Shown here in pieces: positions 38,636 through 49,037 of a stretch of DNA of 64,000 bases (positions are counted from its first letter, which is position 1; each line of letters begins with the position of its first letter). Below the pieces are notes generated by a model. The model saw only the letters and a program-made list of their open reading frames with translations. It made no database searches and was not told the DNA's origin. The position numbers were made by a program, and so were the translations under genes. The stretch is from an uncultured SAR116 cluster alpha proteobacterium (lineage in GTDB: Bacteria > Pseudomonadota > Alphaproteobacteria > Puniceispirillales > Marisalimonadaceae): the NCBI GenBank assembly GCA_902619485.1, contig CACNEF010000004.1, positions 26,021 to 90,020 of the forward strand. Direction: 5' to 3'.

Positions 38636-39544
38636 ATGTCTGCAAGAGTTAAAATGCTTAAAACTTTAAATTCAAAAAAATGTTTGGATGATATCAAAAC
38701 ATTAAAAAATAAAAAACAATTTGCAAGTATGTGGTTTAAGGAGCTTCGTGATAAAATATGCAAATCCTTTGAAGAAATTGAAAATAAGAAAATATTAAAT
38801 AAACAAATAACTTTTAATCAAAAGTCATGGGAGAGAGATGGTGGAGGGGGAGGCACCATATCAATTATGCATGGCGATATTTTTGAAAAAGTTGGAGTAA
38901 ATATATCTACAGTGCATGGCAAATTTTCTAGAGAATTCAGGCAACAAATACCTGGCGCCGAAGAAAATGGTTTGTTTTGGGCATCTGGTATTTCAGTTGT
39001 TTCACATATGTGCAACCCCCATGTTCCAGCTGCACATATGAACACTAGAATGTTAGTTACAGGTAAAGGGGATAACAAAAAACTATGGTTTGGTGGAGGA
39101 GGTGACCTTACTCCAACTTTTAACGACATAGATTCATCAAGTATATTTCACAAAGATTTAAAAAGTATATGTGATAAATATGATAAGTCATATTATCCTG
39201 CTTTTAAGCGTTGGTGTGATGATTATTTTTATTTACCACATAGAGAAGAACCTCGAGGAGTAGGTGGAATTTTTTTTGATTATTTGTGCAATGAAGACTG
39301 GGAAAAAGATTTCTCATTTATTCAAAACATTGGTTCAACATTCTTATCGTCATATTTGTCTATTATTAAAAGTAGATTAAGTAAAAAATTTAATGATAAA
39401 GAAAGAGAATTTCAGCTTATTAAAAGAGGTCGATATGTTGAGTTTAATTTACTATATGATAGAGGGACAATTTTTGGATTGAAAACAGGTGGAAACACAG
39501 AAGCTGTATTGATGAGTTTGCCTCCAAAAGTAAGTTGGTATTAA
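38636..39544 (+). CDS. hemF: Oxygen-dependent coproporphyrinogen III oxidase
   Basis: FEKVGVN, ASGIS, HMNTR, WFGGGGDLTP, RGVGGIFFD, RGRYVEFNLLYDRGT; true start may be 38654. Confidence 0.97.
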   Translation: MSARVKMLKTLNSKKCLDDIKTLKNKKQFASMWFKELRDKICKSFEEIENKKILNKQITFNQKSWERDGGGGGTISIMHGDIFEKVGVNISTVHGKFSREFRQQIPGAEENGLFWASGISVVSHMCNPHVPAAHMNTRMLVTGKGDNKKLWFGGGGDLTPTFNDIDSSSIFHKDLKSICDKYDKSYYPAFKRWCDDYFYLPHREEPRGVGGIFFDYLCNEDWEKDFSFIQNIGSTFLSSYLSIIKSRLSKKFNDKEREFQLIKRGRYVEFNLLYDRGTIFGLKTGGNTEAVLMSLPPKVSWY

Positions 39545-39643
39545 ATCCAAAAAAAATTAATTCTTTTTTAGAATCATTTTAAAAAACACTGGAATTATTT
39601 TTCTACAATGTTATATAAAGTATATATTTATAGTGTGAGATAA

Positions 39644-40186
39644 ATGTCCAAAAATTCTAAGTCAAAAAATAACAACGAAGGTAAAAGAGATTTCTTAATA
39701 ATCTCGACATATGCTATGGCAGGTATTGGTGCTGCATCTGTTGCTTGGCCTTTAATAGACCAAATGAATCCCGCTGCAGATACATTAGCCTTAGCATCTA
39801 CTGAGGTAGATTTGTCTTCTCTAGAAGAAGGCCAAGCCATAACTGTAACTTGGAGAGGTAAACCAGTATTTGTTCGTCATAGAACACCTGAAGAAATTAA
39901 GTTAGCTAAAGAAGTTTCTTTAGATGAAATGAGACACCCTGAAACGGACGAAGAAAGAGTACCTAATGAAAAATTTATTGTTTTAGTTGGTGTTTGTACA
40001 CATCTAGGATGCGTTCCACTTGGCCAAAAATCTGGTGATATAAAAGGCCAGTATGGTGGATGGTTTTGCCCTTGTCATGGATCTCATTACGACCATTCTG
40101 GTAGAATTAGAAAGGGACCAGCACCTACTAATCTAGAAGTCCCTTCTTATAAGTTTTTGTCAGATAACATAATCAAAATTGGTTAA
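39644..40186 (+). CDS. petA: Ubiquinol-cytochrome c reductase Rieske Fe-S subunit
   Basis: KRDFL Tat-like motif, CTHLGC, CPCHGS, GPAP. Confidence 0.98.
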   Translation: MSKNSKSKNNNEGKRDFLIISTYAMAGIGAASVAWPLIDQMNPAADTLALASTEVDLSSLEEGQAITVTWRGKPVFVRHRTPEEIKLAKEVSLDEMRHPETDEERVPNEKFIVLVGVCTHLGCVPLGQKSGDIKGQYGGWFCPCHGSHYDHSGRIRKGPAPTNLEVPSYKFLSDNIIKIG

Positions 40187-40208
40187 ATTTTTATTTTAGG
40201 AGTAATAA

Positions 40209-41459
40209 TTGTCAAAGTCTAAGTTTAAAAACCCAGTAGTAAAATGGATTGATCATAGATTACCTGTGTTTTCTTTTATGGATCATGAACTCAATCATTA
40301 TCCAACACCAAAAAATTTAAATTATTTTTGGAATTTTGGTTCTTTGGCAGGTTTCGCTCTGGTTACAATGATAATTACGGGAATTGTTTTGTCTATGAAT
40401 TATACAGCTCATGTTGATTACGCTTTTGATTCTGTTGAAAGAATTATGAGAGACGTTAATCATGGTTGGCTAATAAGGTATATTCATATGAATGGAGCGA
40501 GTTTTTTCTTTATTGTAGTTTATATTCATATTTTTAGAGGCTTATATTATGGATCATATAAAGCTCCGAGAGAACTTTTATGGATCTTAGGTGTCTTAAT
40601 ACTATTGCTTATGATGGCTACAGCTTTTATGGGATACGTTTTACCATGGGGTCAGATGAGTTTTTGGGGTGCTACTGTGATTACCAACTTATTTTCTGCT
40701 ATTCCACTTGTTGGTGAAAGCATTGTTACTTGGTTGTGGGGAGGTTTTTCAGTTGATAACTCTACTTTAAATAGATTCTTTTCTCTTCATTTTGTTTTGC
40801 CGTTTGTAATTGTAGGTGTTGTAATACTGCATTTAGTTGCATTACATCGTTTTGGTTCAAACAATCCAATCGGTATTGATGTAAGAGGTACACAAGATAC
40901 CATTCCTTTTAGTCCTTATTACACAATCAAAGATTTGTTTGGTTTAAGTGTATTTTTATCATTTTTCGCAGCAGCAGTATTTTTCTTTCCAAATTTTATG
41001 GGTCATCCAGATAATTATATTGAAGCTAATCCGATGGTAACACCTGCTCATATTGTGCCTGAATGGTATTTTCTACCCTTTTATGCAATTCTAAGAGCTG
41101 TTCCAGACAAGCTTGGTGGAGTACTTTTTATGTTTGGTGCAATTGTTGTTTTGTTTATTTTGCCTTGGTTAGATAGATCACCAGTTAGATCATCTCAATT
41201 TAGACCTATATTTAAAATTTTCTTTTGGATACTTTTTTTAGACTGTATCTTGTTAGGTTATTTAGGTGCTATGCCAGCTGAAGGTATTTATGTAATATTA
41301 TCAAGAATAGCTACAGCTTATTACTTCTTCCACTTCTTAATTTTGTTTCCACTGTTACCCTATATAGAAAAAACAAAACCACTTCCTATTTCTATATCAG
41401 AACCAATTTTAGGTGGAGGATCTACTGCTTCTGCTTTTGCAATGAGGGAGAAAAAATAG
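40209..41459 (+). CDS. petB: Cytochrome b
   Basis: [25 protein letters not shown]; TTG start with AGGAG RBS. Confidence 0.98.
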   Translation: MSKSKFKNPVVKWIDHRLPVFSFMDHELNHYPTPKNLNYFWNFGSLAGFALVTMIITGIVLSMNYTAHVDYAFDSVERIMRDVNHGWLIRYIHMNGASFFFIVVYIHIFRGLYYGSYKAPRELLWILGVLILLLMMATAFMGYVLPWGQMSFWGATVITNLFSAIPLVGESIVTWLWGGFSVDNSTLNRFFSLHFVLPFVIVGVVILHLVALHRFGSNNPIGIDVRGTQDTIPFSPYYTIKDLFGLSVFLSFFAAAVFFFPNFMGHPDNYIEANPMVTPAHIVPEWYFLPFYAILRAVPDKLGGVLFMFGAIVVLFILPWLDRSPVRSSQFRPIFKIFFWILFLDCILLGYLGAMPAEGIYVILSRIATAYYFFHFLILFPLLPYIEKTKPLPISISEPILGGGSTASAFAMREKK

Positions 41460-42251
41460 ATGATTAAAGTCTCATCATGTTTTTTTTCTAATAATATACT
41501 CAAAGTTTTATTAAGTTTGGTAATAATTTGTTCATCTAATTTTTCATTGGCGGCAGGTGAAAAAATAAATTACCCACAGCTAAATTGGACGTTCTCTGGA
41601 ATTCTAGGTACTTTTGACAGAGCATCTCAACAAAGAGGGCTTCAAGTTTACAAAGAGGTATGCTCAGGGTGTCATGGCATGAGACTTTTAGCGTATAGAA
41701 ATTTAAAGTCTATTGGTTATAATGATGACGAAATTAAAGCATTTGCAGCAGAAAATAGTGTGAATACTATTAACGATGATGGTGAAGTTGTTGAGAGACC
41801 AGCTAGGCCTAGTGACAAATTCGTATCACCTTACTCAAATGATAAAGCTGCTAGAGCTGCAAATGGTGGTGCATATCCTCCAGATTTATCATTAATTGTA
41901 AAAGCCAGACCTGACGGCGCAAATTATTTACATGCACTTTTAACAGGTTATGTAGATGCGCCTGCTGGAAAAAAAGTTCCTGATGGTATGTATTATAATA
42001 AATATTATTCAGGAAATTTGATTGGTATGCCTCAACCCCTTTATGATGATGGAGTAGAATATGCCGATGGAACTAAAGCCACACCTGATCAAATGGCAAA
42101 AGACGTAACAGCTTTCCTTGCATGGGCTTCTGAGCCTGAGATGGAAGATAGGAAGCGATTGGGTATATCAGTTATGCTATTTTTATTATTATTGACTGTC
42201 TTATCTTATTTTGCCATGAAGCAGATTTGGGCTCCTATAAAAAATCAATAA
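41460..42251 (+). CDS. petC: Cytochrome c1
   Basis: CSGCH haem motif, PPDLS, MPQPL, C-terminal TM. Confidence 0.98.
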   Translation: MIKVSSCFFSNNILKVLLSLVIICSSNFSLAAGEKINYPQLNWTFSGILGTFDRASQQRGLQVYKEVCSGCHGMRLLAYRNLKSIGYNDDEIKAFAAENSVNTINDDGEVVERPARPSDKFVSPYSNDKAARAANGGAYPPDLSLIVKARPDGANYLHALLTGYVDAPAGKKVPDGMYYNKYYSGNLIGMPQPLYDDGVEYADGTKATPDQMAKDVTAFLAWASEPEMEDRKRLGISVMLFLLLLTVLSYFAMKQIWAPIKNQ

Positions 42252-42252
42252 T

Positions 42253-42918
42253 TTAAGTTAAGTTTTCGTCTAAAAATTTTAATGTTCTGTCAAGTGCTAT
42301 TCTTGCACATGTCTTATTATATTGACTTCTATGATCACAATTAAAACCATGGTCAGCAGGATAAATGTATGTTTGAACTTCAGGTCTTTTTTTCTCAAAA
42401 ATTTTAACATCTTTTATTGGTATTCCTTTATCAAGTTCACCAAAATGCGCTAAAACATTGCATTTTGGTTTTAAATCTCTAAGTGTTGGAATATCTCCAC
42501 CATAGTAGCAAACAGAAGCTGAGAGGTTGGAAGCCTCACATCCAATTCTCCAAGATAATGATCCACCCCAGCAATATCCTATTACAGCCACTTTTCCAGC
42601 TGAGGATACTACAGAAATGCTTGCCTCTATATCTTTTAGGGCGTTATTATCACACAAAGCTTTTAACTCTCTTCCTTTAGATACACCTTTTTCGTCATAA
42701 TTTAAGTTTATATTTTTTTCAATTCTGTCAAACAATGAAGGTGCAATACATAAATAACCTTTGCTAGCGTACAAGTCTGTTACTTCTTTGATATGAGTGT
42801 TTACACCAAAAATTTCTTGTATCATTACAATTCCTGCTTTTGGTTTCCCCGAAGGTTGAGAAATATAAGCTGAGAATTGATGATTATCTTTTGCTTTAAT
42901 TTCTATAATCTCATTCAT
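42253..42918 (-). CDS. Dienelactone hydrolase family protein
   Basis: QEIFGVN, GYCWGG, ADHGFNC; start moved to MNEIIE (GGAG RBS). Confidence 0.92.
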   Translation of the reverse strand: MNEIIEIKAKDNHQFSAYISQPSGKPKAGIVMIQEIFGVNTHIKEVTDLYASKGYLCIAPSLFDRIEKNINLNYDEKGVSKGRELKALCDNNALKDIEASISVVSSAGKVAVIGYCWGGSLSWRIGCEASNLSASVCYYGGDIPTLRDLKPKCNVLAHFGELDKGIPIKDVKIFEKKRPEVQTYIYPADHGFNCDHRSQYNKTCARIALDRTLKFLDENLT

Positions 42919-42931
42919 AATTAAGCTCCAA

Positions 42932-44029
42932 TCAAACGTTAAATCTAAAATGAAATATATCTCCATCTTTAACTATATAATCTGCACCCTCGACCCTCAT
43001 ACGTCCAGCATCTTTTGCTGCCTGCTCACTTTTGAAATTTAAATAATCATTATAAGATATTGTTTCGGCACGAATAAATCCCTTTTGAAAATCTGTATGA
43101 ATTATACCGGCAGCTTCTGGTGCAGTTGAGTTGTTTTTTATTGTCCATGCTCTTGTTTCTTTTGGACCAACTGTAAAAAATGTGATTAGATCAAGCAGGC
43201 TGAATCCTGTACTTATTAATCTGTTCAGTCCAGACTCTTCCAAATTTAAATCTTTGAGGAATTCTTTCTTTTCAGTTTCTTCTAAAATTGCAATTTCAGA
43301 TTCTATAGAACCTGAAATAATTATTGAATCACAGTTTTCAGTTCTAGCTTTGTCAAATATGTTCTTAGTAAAATTATTTCCATTAGAGGCATCATCTTCA
43401 CTAACGTTGCATGCATAAAGAACTGGCTTTGATGTGAGTAGATTAAAAGTTTTTATTCTTGTCTTTTCTACATCAGTTAAATTTGCTAAACGAAGTTGAA
43501 TACCGTCAGATAAAAATTCAGTTAATTTTCTCATTAGTACTAAATCATTTTTAGCGTTTATATCATTAGATTTTGCTTTTTTTGACAAGTTTTGTGCTTG
43601 TCTTTCTAAACTTTCTAAATCAGCTAACATCAATTCAGTATCTATGGTTTCAGTGTCTCTTAGAGGGTTTATAGTATTATCTACATGTGTTATATCGGTA
43701 TTTTCAAAGCATCTTACCACATGTATAATTGCATCAACCTCTCTTATATGAGATAAAAATTTATTTCCTAATCCTTCCCCTTTACTAGCACCACTTACAA
43801 GTCCAGCAATATCTACAAATTGCATCTGTGCAGGAATAGTTTTTTGAGATTTAGCTAAATTAGAGAGTAAATTTAATCTTTTATCAGGAACAGATACAAT
43901 GCCAGAATTAGGCTCTATTGTACAAAAAGGATAATTTGCAGCTTCTGCTGATGAGGTTTCTGTAAGAGCATTAAATAAGGTAGATTTTCCTACATTTGGT
44001 AAGCCTACAATTCCACACTTAAAACCCAT
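42932..44029 (-). CDS. ychF: Redox-regulated ATPase YchF
   Basis: GIVGLPNVGKST, NYPFCTIEPN, DIAGLV, GEGLGNKFL. Confidence 0.98.
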   Translation of the reverse strand: MGFKCGIVGLPNVGKSTLFNALTETSSAEAANYPFCTIEPNSGIVSVPDKRLNLLSNLAKSQKTIPAQMQFVDIAGLVSGASKGEGLGNKFLSHIREVDAIIHVVRCFENTDITHVDNTINPLRDTETIDTELMLADLESLERQAQNLSKKAKSNDINAKNDLVLMRKLTEFLSDGIQLRLANLTDVEKTRIKTFNLLTSKPVLYACNVSEDDASNGNNFTKNIFDKARTENCDSIIISGSIESEIAILEETEKKEFLKDLNLEESGLNRLISTGFSLLDLITFFTVGPKETRAWTIKNNSTAPEAAGIIHTDFQKGFIRAETISYNDYLNFKSEQAAKDAGRMRVEGADYIVKDGDIFHFRFNV

Positions 44030-44037
44030 TTATATAC

Positions 44038-44610
44038 CTATACATTTTTACCACAAAAACCATTTTGACTATTAATTAAAGATATAATCATTTCAGAAAC
44101 GTAATTAATTGTGTTATCAAGCCATTTGTCTTTTTCATTAGATGTGAAATCAGAAAGCACCCAATTTGATATGTTTTCATCAATATTTTCTTCATATATT
44201 TTTGATGGTCGAGATACTCCAACCCTAACTCTATTGTAGTTTTTACCAATCATTTTATCTATACTTTTCAGGCCATTGTGTCCATTATGACCGCCACCAT
44301 TTTTAACTTTAACACGTCCTTGATCTAGATCTATTTCATCATGTATTACATAGATGTTATTTATATCAATATTGTAAAAGCTTTTAATTTCTTTTAGAGC
44401 TATACCTGAATTATTTATGAATGTAGCTGGTTTAAGTAAAAACAGTATATTTTCGTTTAACTCAGATTTAGAAAATTCAGACTTAAATTTTTTTGAGAAT
44501 TCAGGAAAATCATACACTTCTCTAATATTGTCTATAATTTTATAACCAATATTGTGCCTATTATTTCTGTAGGATTTTCCTGGATTACCTAAACCAACTA
44601 TTAAAAACAT
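44038..44610 (-). CDS. pth: Peptidyl-tRNA hydrolase
   Basis: GLGNPG, RHNIG, HDEID, GGHNG. Confidence 0.97.
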   Translation of the reverse strand: MFLIVGLGNPGKSYRNNRHNIGYKIIDNIREVYDFPEFSKKFKSEFSKSELNENILFLLKPATFINNSGIALKEIKSFYNIDINNIYVIHDEIDLDQGRVKVKNGGGHNGHNGLKSIDKMIGKNYNRVRVGVSRPSKIYEENIDENISNWVLSDFTSNEKDKWLDNTINYVSEMIISLINSQNGFCGKNV

Positions 44611-44647
44611 TTCAAAAGTTAAAACTCAATTTTTTCTAATAATGTTT

Positions 44648-45298
44648 TTAACTATCATTTTTATCTTCATCAGTGTCTTCAGAAGATTCATCGGTTGTTT
44701 CAGTTTCTTCATCTTCTTCAGAATCGCCTAAACCACCTCTTGGTGCAGCAATAGTAGCAACAGTAAAATCTCTATCTGTTATGGTTGGTGTACAACCAAC
44801 AGGAAGTTCAATTGCACTAATATGAATAGTATGTCCAACATTAAGACCTTCTAAATCCACTGTTATTTTTTCAGGAATTGAAATAGCAGGACAATTCAAC
44901 TCTACTTGGGGTCTTACAATGTTCAGTACACCACCTAATTTTAACCCAGTACATTTGTCTTCATTCAAGAACTCAACATTAATACCAACAGCGACTGTAG
45001 CGTTTTTTGTAACTCTTAGAAAGTCAACATGCTCAGCCTCTTCTGAAACTGGATGTTGTTGAATATCACGAGGCAATACGAAATGTGTCTCATTATTAAC
45101 TTCAATATTCATTAATTGACTAAATATACCAGGCTTATGCATTAGCTGACGCCATTTATTTGCATCTAATGTAATGGGGATTGGTGATTGTTTATTTCCA
45201 TAAATAACTGCAGGAACTAAACCTGCACGCCTTGCTGCTCTGGCAGACCCCTTACCAACCTGACTGCGAGCTTCAGCTTTAATATCAATAGTTTGCAT
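44648..45298 (-). CDS. rplY: 50S ribosomal protein L25/Ctc
   Basis: GKGSAR..RR.G.VPAVIYG, HVDF, G.K.GG; acidic tail; start moved to MQTID (AGGAGA RBS). Confidence 0.96.
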   Translation of the reverse strand: MQTIDIKAEARSQVGKGSARAARRAGLVPAVIYGNKQSPIPITLDANKWRQLMHKPGIFSQLMNIEVNNETHFVLPRDIQQHPVSEEAEHVDFLRVTKNATVAVGINVEFLNEDKCTGLKLGGVLNIVRPQVELNCPAISIPEKITVDLEGLNVGHTIHISAIELPVGCTPTITDRDFTVATIAAPRGGLGDSEEDEETETTDESSEDTDEDKNDS

Positions 45299-45397
45299 TA
45301 ATTTTCTCCTTAAAAGTTTCAAATGCCTCCAGGGGTGCAAAAGAATAAAGCATACATAACCTTTAAATTGAAAAAATTAAAGTAAATAATGTAAAAT

Positions 45398-46330
45398 CTA
45401 TTCAAAAAGACTGGAAACAGATTGTTCCATATGCACTCTACGAATGGCCTCACCAATTATAGGGGCAATAGAGATTTGTCTAATACTACTTGACATCTCA
45501 ACTGCCTGAGTTGCTTTTATTGAGTTTGTAGTTACAAGAGAGCTCAAGGGAGAATTCGATATATTACTGACTGCAGAACCAGAAAGAACACCATGAGTAA
45601 CATATGCATCCACACTGATTGCGCCAACATCTATAAGTGCTTTAGCGGCATTGCATATTGTTCCTCCTGAATCAATTATATCATCCACTATTATACAGTG
45701 ATGCTTAGATACATCGCCAATAATATTCATAACTTCAGATGAGCCAGGTTTTTCTCTTCTTTTGTCAATTATAGCTAAATTTGCATTAATTCGTCTAGCA
45801 ATTGCTCTAGCCCTAACAACACCACCTACATCCGGTGAAACTATAACAACTGGTTTGTTTTTATATTTTTCTTCTATATCTTTTACAAATACTGGTGCTG
45901 CAAATAAATTATCAGTAGGTATATCAAAAAAACCCTGTATTTGGCCTGCATGAAGATCCATTGTAAGAATTCTATCAGCACCTGCTTTAGTTATTAAATT
46001 TGCAACTAGTTTTGCAGAAATTGGAGTTCTGGGACCAGATTTCCTGTCTTGTCTAGCATACCCATAATAAGGAATCACTGCGGTAATTCTTCTTGCACTT
46101 GCTCTTCTAAGAGCATCTAATGATACAAGTAGTTCCATTAGATTATCATTTGCAGGGTAAGAAGTAGACTGTATAACAAACATATCTTCGCCTCTAACAT
46201 TTTCTTGAACTTCGACAAATACTTCCATATCAGAAAATCTTTTGACATCTGCATTGACAAGTCTGGTATTAATTGTTCTGGAAATATTTTCTGCTAAATT
46301 AATATTTGAGTTGCAAGCTAATATTTTCAT
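45398..46330 (-). CDS. prs: Ribose-phosphate pyrophosphokinase
   Basis: [34 protein letters not shown]. Confidence 0.98.
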   Translation of the reverse strand: MKILACNSNINLAENISRTINTRLVNADVKRFSDMEVFVEVQENVRGEDMFVIQSTSYPANDNLMELLVSLDALRRASARRITAVIPYYGYARQDRKSGPRTPISAKLVANLITKAGADRILTMDLHAGQIQGFFDIPTDNLFAAPVFVKDIEEKYKNKPVVIVSPDVGGVVRARAIARRINANLAIIDKRREKPGSSEVMNIIGDVSKHHCIIVDDIIDSGGTICNAAKALIDVGAISVDAYVTHGVLSGSAVSNISNSPLSSLVTTNSIKATQAVEMSSSIRQISIAPIIGEAIRRVHMEQSVSSLFE

Positions 46331-46475
46331 AAAATATTTCCCAAGATAGTTATGCTATTTAATAGCAGTCTAGTTTAAGTTATAGCAAGGAAAAATTGTT
46401 ATTAATTATATAAATATTAAAACACATAAACCTAAAATCATTACAATCGAAAAAATTATTAAATGTGGCATTTTA

Positions 46476-47258
46476 TTAATCTACTAACCCTATTACAGAT
46501 ATATGTCTTCCTGTTTTGGCTTCTTTAGGAAAATTTTCATGACCAGACTTTCTATGACTAAAAAACAAACTAGATTTTTCATAAGTGTCTATACCAATAT
46601 TCCCAAAATTATAAATTTTAGAAGATATTAAACTTTCTTTTATTAACAAAGGTAGATCAAATAGATATTTATCATCATTCAGTTGAAACAATATTGATTG
46701 ATTGTTTTTATAAAGTTCAGTTTTTTTTACTATTATAGCTACATCTTTTTTAATTTCATAAGAATTTTTATGAATTGTAGGTCCTATTACAGAAATAATA
46801 TTATTTCTATTTGCACCTAAACTTTCCATATTAGCAATTGTTGTTTCTATAATTCCTTTTATTACTCCTCGCCAACCTGCATGACAGGCACCAATGATTT
46901 TTGAAATTTTATCATAAAACAAAATTGGTGCACAATCAGCACCTAAGACTGACAAACCAACACCTTTTAATTTAGTTACCAATCCATCTGCTTCAATATT
47001 ACTAATTTTATCATTTTTATTTTTAACAACAATAACTTTAGATGAATGTATTTGATTTAATTTTATTAATTTTTCTAATTTTAATTCATTACAAATTAAT
47101 GTTAAATTTTTTTTTACATCACTCTCATTATCCTGAACATTAAAACTACAATTAAGTGAATTGTAAGGTGATTTAGAGTAACCACCTTTTCTTGTGAAAA
47201 AACCATGAGTTATGTCACTGAACTCTAATTTTGGATGAAGTATTTTATTTATAGTCAT
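46476..47258 (-). CDS. pgeF: Peptidoglycan editing factor PgeF/YfiH (laccase domain)
   Basis: HGFFTRKGG, QIHS, ADG, ADCAP, HAGWRG, FFSHR. Confidence 0.93.
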   Translation of the reverse strand: MTINKILHPKLEFSDITHGFFTRKGGYSKSPYNSLNCSFNVQDNESDVKKNLTLICNELKLEKLIKLNQIHSSKVIVVKNKNDKISNIEADGLVTKLKGVGLSVLGADCAPILFYDKISKIIGACHAGWRGVIKGIIETTIANMESLGANRNNIISVIGPTIHKNSYEIKKDVAIIVKKTELYKNNQSILFQLNDDKYLFDLPLLIKESLISSKIYNFGNIGIDTYEKSSLFFSHRKSGHENFPKEAKTGRHISVIGLVD

Positions 47259-47293
47259 TATAAATGTTTCTTTTAAATAAAATGATATCTAAA

Positions 47294-48088
47294 TTAATTT
47301 TCCATTTTTTTATTATAAAAAATAGTAATGAAATATAAACCAGAAACTATCATTGGTAAGGATAAAATTTGTCCCATTGATAAGTTAAAATAAATTAATC
47401 CAATATGTCCGTCAGGTTCTCTAAAATACTCTATAAAAAATCTAAAAATTCCATAATAAAATAGAAATGAAGCAGTCAATAATCCTCTCTTTTCCAAAAA
47501 ATTGGATTTATTCATTAAAAAAATCATAATCAATAACAAGACTAGTCCTTCAAAAAAAGCTTCATATAATTGACTAGGATGCCTAGGGAATTTGCCACCA
47601 TTTGGAAATATCATCCCAAAATAGTGATCAGTTACCCTTCCAAAAAGTTCTCCATTTATAAAATTTGCTATCCTTCCAAAAAAAAGTCCAATTGGAGAAA
47701 CTATTGAAATAAGATCTGAGAAAATTATAATAGGTATTTTTGATGCTCTGCCCGAGTATATAATAGCTAATATGACACCTATTAAACCTCCGTGAAAAGA
47801 CATACCTCCATTCCATATTTTTAAAATTTCAATTAGATTCTCAAAATAATATTCAGGATTGTAGAAAATTACATATCCTAATCTTCCACCTAATATGATG
47901 CCTATCATGCAGTTACTTATTAAGTCACTTACTATTTTATTACTAATATTTAATTTTTTTATTTTTATAATTTTTAATATAAAATACCAACTAGATAAAA
48001 TGCCTACAATATAAGAAAGCGCGTACCAACTAATTTTAATAAACCCAAAATCTAAAGCGATTGGATTGATATTTGGAAATTGAAACAT
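47294..48088 (-). CDS. lgt: Prolipoprotein diacylglyceryl transferase
   Basis: GGRLGYV, GGMSFHGG, GRIANFINGEL, RHPSQLYE, RFFIEYFREPD. Confidence 0.97.
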   Translation of the reverse strand: MFQFPNINPIALDFGFIKISWYALSYIVGILSSWYFILKIIKIKKLNISNKIVSDLISNCMIGIILGGRLGYVIFYNPEYYFENLIEILKIWNGGMSFHGGLIGVILAIIYSGRASKIPIIIFSDLISIVSPIGLFFGRIANFINGELFGRVTDHYFGMIFPNGGKFPRHPSQLYEAFFEGLVLLLIMIFLMNKSNFLEKRGLLTASFLFYYGIFRFFIEYFREPDGHIGLIYFNLSMGQILSLPMIVSGLYFITIFYNKKMEN

Positions 48089-48168
48089 TATGATATTTTT
48101 AATATAGTTTTAACATTTTGTAAAAATTATCTTATAATAAATAAAATTTTTTACTCTAAGGAAAATTA

Positions 48169-48432
48169 ATGAAAAATAATAAATTTTTTTTTAAGGATAC
48201 AGCGTCAATAATAAACGGGGCATTGTCAACTTTTGCTGATCTCAAAACTGAGATTGATAATGTTATAAAAAGTAGGTTTGAAAAGTTTATTAACTCGCAA
48301 GGTATTGTAAACCGAGAAGATTTTGAAGCATTAGTTGACAGACATGAAAAATTAAATTCTGAATTTATTTTATTAAAAACAAAGTTAGAAAATAAAAATT
48401 TAAAAAAAGATAATCCAAAAAAGAAGAAATAA
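48169..48432 (+). CDS. UbiK-like accessory factor (BMFP family)
   Basis: 87 aa, V.REDFEA motif and C-terminal coiled coil; divergent from lgt as in other alphaproteobacteria. Confidence 0.75.
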   Translation: MKNNKFFFKDTASIINGALSTFADLKTEIDNVIKSRFEKFINSQGIVNREDFEALVDRHEKLNSEFILLKTKLENKNLKKDNPKKKK

Positions 48433-48448
48433 TTTTTTAATTTATAAT

Positions 48449-48506
48449 AATCAATATATAGTATATTACTATTTAAGTTTTATCAAAAATATACTATATA
48501 TAGCCT
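48449..48506. promoter_or_regulatory. Tandem NrdR-box-like operators
   Basis: aatCAATATATAGtat (core 48452-48461) and ataCTATATATAGcct (core 48494-48503) match the NrdR core CwAtATaTwG, 42 bp apart. Confidence 0.6.
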
Positions 48507-48508
48507 AA

Positions 48509-48997
48509 ATGACAGATAAATTAAAAAAAATAATTTTTTCTCCACCAATATCAAAAGTCTTTTGTGAACATAATTGGGTAATCAATACGGATTCAAGCGG
48601 TAAATTTCATTCTTATTTTGTTGGTGATATCGCAGATTATTATTTAAATGTTTATCATGATAATGAAAAAATATATTTTCAATTTACGTTAGATTTAGAA
48701 ATCCCTAATAATAAAATGAACGAGCTGTTGATATTAATTAACATTGCAAATCAAAATTCAAAAGATGGATTTTTTGTTTTTGACTCCAAATTGTGCAAAA
48801 TAAAATATAATTTAATTTCACTTTATTCTATAAAAACAGAAGAGAGTTCCCTTGATGATTTTTTAAAAATTAAGTTAAATTTTATAGAGAGTTTATTTAA
48901 CAATTTTGTTTCTGGAGTTCATAAATTAGTTTATGGGGATAAAATTGAAAGCGCTTCTATTGAATTATTATTTTTGAATAATGAGGGTTGTGCATAA
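48509..48997 (+). CDS. YbjN-like domain protein (divergent)
   Basis: Position between ubiK-like gene and proC; 'ELLILIN..N...G.F' and C-terminal 'G.A' pattern. Confidence 0.6.
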   Translation: MTDKLKKIIFSPPISKVFCEHNWVINTDSSGKFHSYFVGDIADYYLNVYHDNEKIYFQFTLDLEIPNNKMNELLILINIANQNSKDGFFVFDSKLCKIKYNLISLYSIKTEESSLDDFLKIKLNFIESLFNNFVSGVHKLVYGDKIESASIELLFLNNEGCA

Positions 48998-49037
48998 AAA
49001 TTTAAAAATTTAGATAAAAAATATAATTAGGAATATT

